From the NCBI GenBank assembly GCA_002633005.1, contig NMRA01000138.1, positions 369,005 through 433,004 on the forward strand: 64,000 nucleotides of DNA. The letters run 5' to 3'. Source of the DNA: Phoronis australis (taxonomy: Eukaryota; Animalia; Phoronida). Each line of letters begins with the position of its first letter. Within the stretch, counting starts at the first letter, position 1. The notes beneath the pieces are model-generated. The model saw only the letters and a list, made by a program, of their open reading frames with translations. It ran no database searches and was not told where the DNA came from. Below, in pieces: positions 1 to 10,902 of this stretch. Position numbers and translations under genes: made by a program.

Positions 1-117
1 TGTTTCGTAGTACATGTTCTGTGGCACATGGCAATCATTGCATTGTGAACCTGAACTGTATACGACTTTAAATTTTAGCTTTGATTAATTTGCACCTTAC
101 TGACACCGTACTGAGAG

Positions 118-607
118 CAGTGCCGGATTAAAAACGTAGCAGAAGTAGCGTATGCTACGAGCACCGCGCTTTTTGGGGTCTCGCGCTCACAACAGTTTTA
201 GAGGCACTAGTACCATAAACGTCTACTCATGTCTACTCCTATAGAAGCACTGACCTCAGGTGGTGCGAACGTTTGTGCTGGGACAGCACCATTTTCAGTA
301 TATGTAGGGTCAAGAGTGCGGGGCCCCACTGAATAAGCAAGTCAAAGAATTGTAGGTGTTATTGTGCTGGAACACCCACGGGGCCCCTGATTAACGGTGT
401 GTGAACTCCTGAAACCGTTTAATTAGATGCGTTGCCCAATGGACACATCACCGGCGTAGAAGCCGCCTCAATTGCTTTCGTTCTCAAAAGTGAAAATTAA
501 AGCTATTTTGCTTTAGGTTTAAAAAAACCGTTGTATGAGCATATAAGAAGGGGCCCCGTGCTTTGACTTAGGACGCAACGGGTCCTGAATTGCTTAATCC
601 GGCACTA
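118..607. mobile_element. hAT-like MITE (~490 bp) with TIRs and 8-bp TSD
   Basis: Left end CAGTGCCGGATTAA (118-131) and right end TTAATCCGGCACTA (594-607) are inverted repeats. Flanks ACTGAGAG (110-117) and ATTGAGAG (608-615) form an 8-bp target-site duplication with one mismatch. No coding capacity. Confidence 0.85.
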
Positions 608-664
608 ATTGAGAGAAATGTATTTTGAGTTGCTATAATTTTTTATTGACTATTCCTCGTCCAG

Positions 665-1725
665 CAGCTAGCAGTGTTGATGACGTAACAGACAATGACA
701 AAGGATGGGGATTTTGGCTGAAGATGTTTGGAACATTTACAATTGCTGGTGTGGGTATCGTGTGCAACACTCTCTCATTTATAGTAATGAAGACCCCGCG
801 CCTTCGCAAGAAATCCTACGCGCACTATCTCTGCGCACTAGCTGTGTTTGACTCGCTGACTCTTTTGATATACATTTTGAAACGCGTAAACTCTTTACTA
901 CGCTCTACAGGGGGATTATTTCACTCAGACATTGATTGCAAAGTTTTCAATTTTGTCGAACATGTTTGCTACCTGATGTCGTCGTGGCTGATTGTGTGCA
1001 TAACGTTGGAACGATTGCTGGTAATATTCTTTCCATTTAAACAATTCCGAATGTGTCGTCTTAGCGGAACGGTACTGGTGATCCTCGGACTGTTCATCAT
1101 TATGACTTACACACAAGTTTTTCGCCTGATTGTGGTTTCTCACTACGAACAGACCATTGGCAATGGAACGTACACTTGTGCAGCTGCACGAAAGTATATC
1201 GAGTTTTACATACTAATGCAAGTTTACGTTTACAAGTTTGTATTCATATTTACCCTACCGGCGACCATCATAATAACTGCGAACACAATGATTTTGGTAA
1301 AGGTCATTAAACTTCGCAAAACCTCTCTCCTTCTGGCACCAGCTCAGACTAATCGCAGGTTCCACGGAAGGAGGAAACATAAGTCGACTTGCATGCTTGT
1401 TCTCATATCTGGAAGTTACACAGTCACTCTTCTTCCTTTGATTGTTATGTCGATTGTTTTGTTCGTCGGCATGAGAAGCGATAAACCTGATCCGACGATT
1501 TATTTCAGTATCAGCCAACACTTCTCGCCAGTATTCGAAACATTTGCCCTACTGAACTATAGCATTAATTTCTTCATTTATGTTTTATCGGCAAAAGCGT
1601 TTCGTCACGAGTTAAAACTACTCTTGCTCTGCAGAAAACCACGTAGGCTATCGACGCCGAACAACAGGAGACTGTCTCCATCTAGCAGAAATTGTCAAGA
1701 AACAGTTATAATTCACAGTAACTGA
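665..1725 (+). CDS. Class A (rhodopsin-like) peptide GPCR, FMRFamide/sex peptide/GPR139-142-like; terminal coding exon (5' exon outside window)
   Basis: Seven hydrophobic segments: TM1 GIVCN, TM2 YLCALAVFD, TM3 DCKV...SSWLIVCITLERL, ECL2 Cys (TYTC), TM5 FTLP, TM6 YTVTLLP, TM7 NYSINFFIY, then helix 8 AFRHEL. The ORF-track start is TTG and the first ATG (724) lies at TM1. A pyrimidine-rich acceptor ending CCAG at 664 suggests a spliced N-terminus. Confidence 0.9.
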
Positions 1726-1751
1726 CATGGGCCAGTGATATGAAATCGAAC

Positions 1752-1833
1752 ACATGTCGAGCGTGTATATTGTTACTAACAAGATCATTACATGTCGAGC
1801 GTGTATATTGTTAATGAAAAGATCATTACATGT
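1752..1833. repeat. 38-bp tandem duplication in GPCR 3' UTR
   Basis: ACATGTCGAGCGTGTATATTGTTA...AAGATCATT at 1752 and 1790, with a partial third copy at 1828. Confidence 0.85.
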
Positions 1834-2830
1834 TTTACGGCCGAAAAACGTATTTTGAGGATTATGGTTGGATGGAATACTTGTTGAAGTTGTTAGCTTT
1901 GATTATGAACTCTAGTAAAGCTGTGAAAACGAAACCCGATGTGCAAATCGTCAATTTTAGTCCGGTGTCTGTGAGACATTCGCTGGAATCAAGGCCGGTG
2001 TCTTTACCATTTAAATACCCTAAAAATACCCTGCTCCTAAACGCGTGGAATTTGGCTCGACAGCAGAGCGTTCGGCTAATAACTATTTCTAGTTGGTTCG
2101 ATTACGCGCTGCTGCTAATATCTGCAAAACTCATAGAGAATGCCCCTTCAACAAGGGTTGATAGACAAACATGGGGGCCTGAGATTTCCTTCCTACAAAA
2201 ATATAAAATTGACCGAACTGGGAGGGATAATGGACCCCCTACGCCCTTCTTTGGATCCGCCTGAGGGTCGCGATATTTAAAAATGTTTAAAAAGTTCGAA
2301 AGGTCATGCGTAACCTTATCGCGGAGAAGTCTATTTAATCAAATACCAACAAAACTATAGCATTTAACTCGAAATGTATGTTTTTTCTGTCGTAGATAGA
2401 AAATTTATATTCCACTTTGTACCAATCTGCCATTAATTGGGTCACGTGATCGTGTCTTACTAACATTTAGCAAAAAAGAAAGGTACCTGGTACATTCATA
2501 TCAAAACAAGGATATCAAAACATGACCAAATTTCTTTTGAAATTTTAAAACTCCTGTTATTGTTTTCTAAAATGTTGTTTTCTTTCTTTTTCTGCAACTT
2601 CAATGAGTTGTTTCATAAAAATACTAAAAGTCCTATTTTTGATAGTCCCTCAAGCAAAAGTGTTTTAACACTTTAAAAACAATTCCTAACAACGTTATCG
2701 AGAACAGTGCAACGACAAAGTATATCTAAATTTTGTATTAGGAATTCGGTCAGCCATTTCTGAAATATAGTGTCACGACGTTAGCGAAATTTGGACATTT
2801 TCATGGTTTTTACACGATCTTTATTTCGGT
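1832..2830 (+). mobile_element. Dispersed non-autonomous DNA-transposon-like repeat (family A), degenerate copy
   Basis: 5' part (TTTTACGGCCGAAAAACG...) matches 20982 onward. 3' part (CAGCCATTTCTGA...AAATTTGGACATTTT) matches blocks near 15040, 15735, 18887, 33490 and, inverted, 21920-22000. Confidence 0.6.
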
Positions 2831-2898
2831 TCCTCAGTTCCAGGTGTTATAGAAAGCTGACACAATCAGCTCTATCTCAAGACAATTTAAAACAGCAA

Positions 2899-3209
2899 TT
2901 AAACGCCGTTCCGTCCAAAAGGCAAATTTTTGATTTTGATCACTTATCGCAATAAAATTGATTGCAATTTGTTCCTTACTCAGTGAGATGAGAAAGGATT
3001 TCCGAGTTGCAAGGAACTGACAGTTCTTTGTTCTGCGATATCTTGCTCAAGTCGAATTGTAAAGCCTGGTCTCAAGCAAGATAGAATTGTCACTTCTTCC
3101 GAAGGCCACGAAGTTACTGCAAATTTCACCGAGGAAAAATTTGAGACCAATTTAATAACGGTAAGTGGTCTAAATCAAAATTAAGTATTTGTGATGGACA
3201 GTGGGTTAA
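2899..3209. mobile_element. Fold-back MITE with TTAA ends (piggyBac-like)
   Basis: TTAA at both ends, right end GGGTTAA. Imperfect long inverted repeats TTTTGATTTTGATCACTTATCG and CGGTAAGTGGTCTAAATCAAAA. Confidence 0.55.
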
Positions 3210-3654
3210 TGGCCTCTTTAAACGTTCGAGAAAATTTTGCTAAACGATCAAAAATTATATGCTCCTATGCATATATACGCTCACTCATTTTGTACACCCG
3301 TGCCTTCACGTAGAGGTTAAGTTGCTTTTGAGATTTTCTTAAACTGTATATTTCTGCGTTGACTACTGACACTGGCGACCACTATCTGCTCTGGAAACGA
3401 AACGTTTCCAAACAGTTCTCGTCTTCAGTTGAGAAAATAGTGGAAGTGTACTCTTAAACTGCTCTCTGTAGCTTCTGTGTGACGTCATCTTGTATGTATT
3501 ATGTTAAACGAATACTATTAATTCAGGTTTCGTAGCTTTGAGCCTACTATCGGTCATTAAATTTACGTAATGATCGCCTTTGACGGTGCGACATGTTTCG
3601 TCCAATCAGAAAATCATAGAGTACTAGAGAACTACACAAATACTCAAAATAAAG

Positions 3655-4212
3655 GACTTGTATGTTGTTGCTGTTATCAAGTGTTTCTACAAATATGTTC
3701 ATAATTACTTACCTTCGTTTTTTAACACATTCAATTTAATAACCCGTGGGCCTGTTCATGAACATTACACTAGACAACGACATCATCTACAAACTCCTCG
3801 TTGTACTAAATCATTTGTAGAAGTTTTTGTTCGCAATGCTTTACCTCATATCATTATTAACCTTCCTGAAAGTGTTTCTCAAAAATTTATACCCATTCGT
3901 TATCCTCTGTTATAAATTATTTTAAGAACGTTTGTTTTGAAAGTTATGAACTTGAGTGCACTATTCCCAACTGCTTTGTGTGTAACTATTTTTGATAATT
4001 TCTCCTAGTCTTTTTACAAGTAGTTTTAAATTACATTATCACCTAATTTTGTAATTCTGATTATCTATAACATTGTATTTTTTCTTTTTATTTCTCTGTA
4101 GACTCCGTGGTTAGCGGACCCTTCGGGTCCTTCACGGAGTCTCCATAAGCATAAATTTGTATTAATTGTATTTTTTGTCTTAACGTGAATAAAGTGTATT
4201 ACTACTACTACC
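3655..4212 (+). mobile_element. 5'-truncated LINE 3' end (L2/Crack/Daphne-like)
   Basis: ORF2 C-terminal relic (FYKYVHNYLP...HEHYTRQ, then after a frameshift ...CTIPNCFVCN). It is followed by a 3' UTR stem-loop (4100-4142), AATAAA and a short (TAC)n tail. Confidence 0.75.
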
Positions 4213-4464
4213 ACTAGTACAATGTTAACGTTGTTTGTTCATGTCTCTGATTCAGAAAGAATGTATTTGTAATATTTTAGTCATGTTTTTAGGAATGACT
4301 TCTTCTTAGTCATGGTGTAATATTTCATTGCTGGATTCTAGAAAGCAAACCTATGTGTGAAAGATAATATTCGTATACTGTACTATATGATATAATATTA
4401 CATTACAATATATTATTTATATGATTTTCATGTTGCATTATATTACCAATTTTTAATTTTAAAA

Positions 4465-4855
4465 TGCTTAGAATCATCAATTTCATGTCAAAAACACCCC
4501 AAAAAAGAGAGAAACAGCTCTACCAGTTGATCAGCTGTCAAGTTACAATACCAGCAAACACAACAATCTGACGATAGGTTAATTAGCTGATCTCTAGTTA
4601 TTGGTCGACACACACTACGTAATGTCGGGACAACCAATCATAGTACAAGTCATCCTGTATGTTTTTAGTGTGAAAAGTCGTTAAATATTGCTGCTTGTTT
4701 TCCCGTGGTTTATGGTAAAGTAAAGAACAGTGAGGCGTTGCGTTTGTGGTGGTTGTGACAACTTAGTATTTGTCCACGCTGTGGCTCTCTTTACTTTCCC
4801 CGCCTTGGTGGACATGACACAATGGTGCTGGGTACGTTCATACGTCACATTCGCG
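4465..4855 (+). repeat. Dispersed repeat family B, copy 1
   Basis: Colinear with 12882-13290, sharing TGCTTAGAATCATCA, GGGACAACCAATCA, GAGGCGTTGCGTTTGTGG and GCTGGGTACGTTCATACGTCACA. Confidence 0.85.
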
Positions 4856-5183
4856 TCCGTGGAACTAAGAAACTTTCAACTGAAGTCGATTTTCTTTTCT
4901 TCTATTTTATTGTTTTTGGGATATTGAATGCACTGACTAAGGGCTCAGGGATGAAAACTTCGCAGAATAATTCCAACACTCGAGGCTTGGTGTTACCAGG
5001 AAAACAGTTTGTGACTCATATGTTTACTGTCAGTCAGTGTGAAATGACAGTAGAGGTTATGTAATGGGTGAAAACCAGGTTCGGTCAGTATCAAGTTTTG
5101 TGGGCTTTCATGAAAATCAATAGCGTGGCACTACAGTAAACACGTGGACGAATTAAAAATGAAAGCATTGTGCACGCTGAAAT

Positions 5184-5332
5184 TGTGACAACGACCCAAA
5201 TTGTCACAATTTTTGAAACTGTGACAATTTGGGTTACCATTTGCGAACCAAACTGTCACAGAAAGTTTTGCATGTGATAAGTTGGACCTGCACTACAATT
5301 TAGAGGTTGTGACAATTTGGACGGTGGTAACA
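5184..5332. mobile_element. Short MITE built of TGTGACAATTTGG/CCAAATTGTCACA motifs
   Basis: Imperfect ~25-bp TIRs (TGTGACAACGACCCAAATTGTCACA and TGTGACAATTTGGACGGTGGTAACA), with the same motif repeated internally in both orientations. Confidence 0.6.
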
Positions 5333-6243
5333 CAATGCACTCGAACGTAGACTGTTTTGTAATATGTGTTTCATTTACTTGACTTGCTACAATCACTTGC
5401 ATTCCACCCCCCCTGGAGTTTGTTTAACCGAAGAAAACGCAACAGGGATGACCTGTTGGAAGGTTGCTTTCATAAGTTACTGATAAATACAAACAGTGCC
5501 TCACGTCCTAATGTATTTCGATAATTGTCCACATGTTCCAGCATACAACCATCAAGTCCACTCACAAAATATCAACTTAAAACACGAACAGTAACTAAAA
5601 ATCTAGAATCAAAGCGTAAATATATACGTGAAACGACATTCTTTAACAATATCCAATGCTCTCCAGATAAACTTCAATTCAGTCATCATAATTACAAAAA
5701 TACTATTCCATTGGCAAAATACAGTCATGAAAACGTAATAAAACGTTGAAAGTCCAAACTTCTAAAGTGCCAACAAATCTCATATGTATCAACTCACTGA
5801 AGTCAGTTCCAAGTAAATGTATCCCAGTTGTGACATTAGATATTTTCCAACCATCGAAAATGTGCATACTACGTCATTGGATCAATTGTTCAGTGCCTTC
5901 AAGGAACCAAGACACCAGGATAGCCGAAAACAGTATTGTCCATAACACCTATTTTAATGCTTATTCTGACCATCAAAGACATACATGTTTACAGTCTCTA
6001 TATATTTGTTTCCAGTTTACATATCGTTATGTTAAAAGACACATTATCATCTCCACGCAATAAGAAAATAAACTCGATAGTTAAAATTGTCGAAAATGAT
6101 TGAAACAGTAGGGCCTACGCAGCCCACAAACTTACGTTAGAGTAGAGCCTAAAACAGCTATTGAACTCTCGTAACATACACATGTACCATCTCGCTTTTA
6201 GTAAAAAACGGCCGAGCCTGAAAGCCCCTAAGCTAGGTTGGTT

Positions 6244-6882
6244 TCAAATACCTACGTCGTGTCCGCAGTGTGGACATTTCATAATGGCGTCCACGTCGTA
6301 GCCGTTCGAGAGACCAATCAGACTATTCAGACACCAATCGCGAGCAGATATCACGTGCTTGGAGTCCAAGGAGTTCTGCTTTTTCATTCTGGGATGATCC
6401 TTCACAGTACTGTTGAAAGCTGAGTCGACACTGCGCTGTTTATGAGAATCACGCACTGGCTTATGACTGTAAGTTTCGGAATGTTCGAAACCATGACCGT
6501 TAGAAAGCGCCAACGGGATATCTTCGTTACTGTCAAAAATGGCGGCAAAACTGCCGTTGATAACCTTTGGCGACATTGGTGTATTGCTCAGCACTAAACT
6601 CATTCTGTGCGTTCGTTTACGAGCGGCATCGTGATGGATTTCAGTCTCGCGTGGCTTCAACAATTTCTCAAACTTTTCGTCTAAAGTGATCTCTTCATTT
6701 AGTACGCCTGCTGCCGTCTTTTGGATAATGTACCAGTCTCGCCGAATATCTTCATCTGTTGTAAACTGTGACGTCACTGTGAATCGAATGATATATTTCC
6801 CTTTAATAGAGGCTGGTACCATATGCAGTTTACCACCACTGTTCAGAGTTGTAAGCAGCTCCTCGGTCAAATCGTTTTCACC
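6244..6882 (-). CDS. HDC: Hdc coding exon 13 (terminal; GENDLTEELL...CPHCGHDVGI*)
   Basis: Acceptor CTTTCAG ending at 6883, end of the catalytic domain (LHMVPASIKGKYIIRFTVTS) plus C-terminal extension, TGA at 6246-6244. Confidence 0.93.
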   Translation of the reverse strand, partial: GENDLTEELLTTLNSGGKLHMVPASIKGKYIIRFTVTSQFTTDEDIRRDWYIIQKTAAGVLNEEITLDEKFEKLLKPRETEIHHDAARKRTHRMSLVLSNTPMSPKVINGSFAAIFDSNEDIPLALSNGHGFEHSETYSHKPVRDSHKQRSVDSAFNSTVKDHPRMKKQNSLDSKHVISARDWCLNSLIGLSNGYDVDAIMKCPHCGHDVGI

Positions 6883-7119
6883 CTGAAAGGAAGAGAAAAT
6901 GCTTTCTATTCGATATGTCCGGCGATGAACAGTCGCGTCCTTGTGGGTCATCGATTTAGGTACAGGCGCCTACTTGATACGTTTTATTCACATTTTTTCC
7001 AAAACAAGACATACAATATATACATTAAAACAGGCAGGTGCATCAGTTTTGCTTAGACCAGAATGCACTAATCACCTGACTATGACTCGTGTGGACCCCC
7101 AATATAGATTTCCTCATAG

Positions 7120-7870
7120 GTAAAGTCTTCCAATCTGCCTGTTTTTTACCAGGAACTTGAGAAAAACATTAAACCTGAATGATATCTAGCGGCAGGTTAC
7201 GTGTCTATCAAGTAGTAGATTCATAGGCAGGGCAAATATCTACTAGATGTTGAGGAGTCTCGCATTCCACGCCACTCTTAGGGCAGCTTGAGCATGTCAT
7301 CTGGCTGTGACGTTTCGATGAGATTGCACTGCCACGTTCTATCACACAGTTGATACGGACAGTTCTGTAAGCTGCTAAGTGATTAAGCTCATCCACTCAG
7401 ACCCGGATATAACTGGAATTGATTTTGGGCTTGATTAGAGCTTTCAAGACTGCTTGACTGTCTTAGAACATAAAGATCCCCCTGTTACCAGGGACTGGTT
7501 CATGTTCTCTAGCCAGTTGAACAGACATGTCGAAGCCTGAAAAATGTGTCCATGTAATATCCATATGTCTTTGTCATTATCTTTAATTCAGGAAAGTATT
7601 TCCCTGGTCCAGATTGTCCGTTGCCAAGTCTTAAGACATCAGTATAACAGGCAAACTTTTGGACAGTGAGATTTGCAACTCCATGAACATCTCCAACTCC
7701 TGAGGTGAAACTGTTTAAAATTTAGAGTCGTGACTGGAACATCGCTGGGTATTGTCGAAGCTGTTCCAGCTCCTGACATTGACTTATTGTTCTTGTGTGT
7801 GCAGTATCTGTGATTTGCCTAATTGTCTACTTTCTACTGCTTATGTGATAAGATACAAGCTCAGCTTCAA
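7120..7870 (-). mobile_element. Decayed non-LTR retrotransposon fragment with RNase H and CCHC zinc knuckle (I/LOA-type)
   Basis: The minus strand reads CYTD...GQSGPG, then IFMF*DSQAVLKAL...ELNHLAAYRTVRINCV (RNase HI-like), then CSSC...ETPQHLVDICPAY. It contains stops and frameshifts; boundaries are approximate. Confidence 0.7.
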
Positions 7871-8408
7871 CACTGAGGGAGACCTGCGGGAGAGGCAAAC
7901 GAATAAGTATTTCTATCGCGGCCGTAGATTTTCCTGGAAACGCAGAAGTAATACACAAGCAAGGTACATGTAAACGCCGCAACCTTGTTAGTTCTGATGT
8001 TGCTTTGTTAAAGAGATGTTGTCCACACAGAAGCGGGATAAACTAACATCGGTCTGGTACCACCAGTGTTAATCCAGGGCATATTCTTGGGGGAAAGTCA
8101 CCATGTTTTACCCACCTCACTTGGCCTTAGTGACCTTGTCTACAACATGAGGTGTCCAAAAACGATGACGTTCGTGAGTTACATCAAGATAGATAACCTG
8201 CGTAATTGGAGTTCAATGCCATAGAGCGTTCAATGGTGTTATAAAGAGACGGAAATATACTTATTCGACCTACAATGCAAAGTACGTAATGATCCAGTTT
8301 CCCCGTGACCATTGTTCGTGAAATTCATTATATGATATTTGAACTTTTGAGGTGTGAATCTAAAACCAGGTTCATGTACTTGATCGACAGTTAAGAGTGT
8401 GCACTCAC

Positions 8409-8510
8409 CTTTAATCGAAATACTACCATCCCCAGATGGCGTTTTGCCGCAACTTCAAATCTTGGATCCTGACGCACTAAATTTTCGAAATTTTTCGCAT
8501 GTGTTACACC
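8409..8510 (-). CDS. HDC: Hdc coding exon 12 ([34 protein letters not shown])
   Basis: TTTGTAG acceptor, AAG|GTGAGT donor, 102 nt, homologous to HDC/DDC. Confidence 0.93.
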
Positions 8511-8960
8511 CTACAAACATAATAATAGTTCATTTAATATTGTGGGTTAAAAATGACCTTGGTATCTTTTAAATGTACCACTCTCAACTGTGGACGACAA
8601 TGTCCACCTTGCGTAGATTTGCGGCATTGCGGCATATTGCGGTTCAACACGTTACGTCGCAAAATCAGTTTCGCAGCACAACGCGGCGGACTCTCTCCTA
8701 GTTCTGAGTTTCAAATCAAGTTAACGATACTGTGACATATCCTAGTCCTACATAAGGTCTTCTATTTGATCAACTGCAAGGTCCCTCCTACATCATACCA
8801 ATATATGTTTCATTAAAAATATTTATACATGCCAGAGAACTAGGTAAAACAAAGGCGTGGACCACTTCACGTAAAAATACCCGGCCTCCTGTTTGGAAGC
8901 AAGTCCGAGAACTCGACGTATTTGCATGGAAACGAAATGAATAATTGTTACAAGTTATAC

Positions 8961-9059
8961 CTTACGTATGTGTTCTTGTAAGCCCTGTACTCCGAACGAG
9001 CGAATGACAAACCACAGTTTAAGAGCCCTGAACCGACGACTAAGCGGTATCTGCCAATG
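8961..9059 (-). CDS. HDC: Hdc coding exon 11 ([33 protein letters not shown])
   Basis: TTTCAG acceptor, AAG|GTATAA donor, 99 nt, hallmark group II decarboxylase motif. Confidence 0.95.
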
Positions 9060-9851
9060 CTGAAATGTAACATACGTATAAAGGTATTTCGTGAATAACG
9101 CCAGGCCGTTGACATCACTTCCGTGTGTTCCATGGATAGTACATACTCACCAAGGAAACATCAATTAGCTAAAAAGTTCACGAAACAATCCTAGCGCTTA
9201 TGAATTCACTGAGAAAGTATCTATAAATGTCTTCATCCTGGTCTCTCTCTCATTTCTCAAGCCTCGACTTCACCGAACTCGAAAATCTTTTTAAGTCTAG
9301 TGTGTTTTTCGTTTCTTCTGGACTTTAACGTCGCATTTGTTTTTAACAGTAAAATATAAATCATCATGTGAAAGCAAGCTTCCATCAAGCTATCACAGTT
9401 CCGACAACCCCGCTTTTGTACAAAAGGTGGGTTTTCAAATTCTAAATTTTTTTAAAATATTCATTGTCTTTCAATACACGTCATAGATTTTAGCGCTTGC
9501 TCTCTGAACGTGCTGACACGCAAATGAAATTCGTCGATTGTTTTGCATTAAAAACGACGTTGTAGGACCCCAACATAAAATCGATTGTTCCTTTCTCCAT
9601 AACGAGCATCTCCTGGAAGTTTTCCAAAATCTCTTCACAATGAAACAAAATTCTTTGGGCCTTAAAAACAACATATTGACCGAGAGTGATTAACGGTTGG
9701 TATTGGTGAAGCAAGGGTAAAACTGAATAGTGAAGTCCTTTTATTCCGTAAATTAATTTGTTGATTTTACAACTACACAATATCAAATAAAATGTCCAGC
9801 ATTTCAACAGTACAACAATTCATTAATTAATAAAAGGAATGTTTTTAACAA

Positions 9852-9953
9852 GCTCATTCGATACAAAGTTCGTCCATTTCCGTGTGACGTTATCACGTTA
9901 TCATATATGTACATAAAACGCAGCACGGAAATGACGAATTGTATCGAATGAGC
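9852..9953. mobile_element. ~100-bp palindromic MITE
   Basis: GCTCATTCGATACAA / TTGTATCGAATGAGC TIRs, with inner arms TTCGTCCATTTCCGTG / CACGGAAATGACGAA. Confidence 0.7.
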
Positions 9954-10119
9954 GTGGTTTTTAGAATACTAAAAACAATATTTTCTGTGGCGCCAGACAT
10001 CATTTGTTGTAAAGAAATAGGCTAAAAATGCCGCGATGAAGAAGTCAAGTACAATTGGTTTCGAGCAAAAAGAATCCGAAAGCGAATCACAATGAGATTT
10101 TCGGGAATAGTCTTCAGTA

Positions 10120-10730
10120 CTTCAACAACAACAGCAGCAGATAAAACAACAACAACAACAACAACAACAATAGTAACGGAGGCACAAATGACGATAATGA
10201 TAATGGTGGTGACGGCAATGCCAACGTTCATGACATAACGTTGACGATGGCAATGGTGTTGACGATGGTGAAGATAATGATGTCGCTGATGATGATGATG
10301 ATGATGATGATGATAATGACAACGATGATGGCGATGATGATAATGATAGTGGTGATGGTGATGACGATGACGATGACGTTGATGACTGGTGATGATAGTA
10401 ATGATGATGAAAATGATGATAATGGTGATGATGATGATGATGATAATGATGATGATGAAGATGATGATGATAATGATGATGATGAAGATGATGATGATAA
10501 TGATGATGATGAAGATGATGATGATAATGATGATGATGAAGATGATGATGATAATGATGATGATGAAGATGATGATGATAATGATGATGATGAAGATCGA
10601 TGGAGATGATGATGATATCAGTGACGATGTCGCTGATGATAATGACGATGAAGAAAACGACAGTAATAAAGATGGTGTCCATGATGATAAATTTGATGAC
10701 AACAGGTAAGAGGACGATGATGATAACCTC
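10120..10730. repeat. (ACA)n/(GAT)n low-complexity microsatellite with 27-bp higher-order unit
   Basis: GAT-rich tract. 10433-10594 is six copies of GATGATGATGATAATGATGATGATGAA. Confidence 0.95.
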
Positions 10731-10902
10731 CAAGAACCTCAACTCCTACTGTTTCTAAGATAATTGTCTCTGGGAGAAGACATATTTCACGGGGATCCTC
10801 TGAGGGATTTAATGCATACAGCCGCAGACTTGATGCCCAAATGTGAGCTTATATTGGAGCAGGAGAAATATAAAATGCATTGAAATACAACACACGTCTT
10901 AC

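Noticed and set aside
625-664. ORF-track N-terminus of the GPCR (MSCYNFLL...)
   Set aside because: It starts at TTG and overlaps a polypyrimidine tract and AG acceptor, so it is most likely intron.
1830-2264. 144-aa ORF downstream of the GPCR
   Set aside because: It lies within repeat family A plus a MITE-like end and has no recognisable domain.
6883-6951. ORF-track extension upstream of the terminal Hdc exon
   Set aside because: Intronic. The acceptor at 6885-6883 gives the in-frame junction with exon 12.
7300-7350. Possible hammerhead (GAAACGTC followed by ACAG on the minus strand)
   Set aside because: No CUGANGA core, and the sequence is explained as part of the RNase H coding relic.
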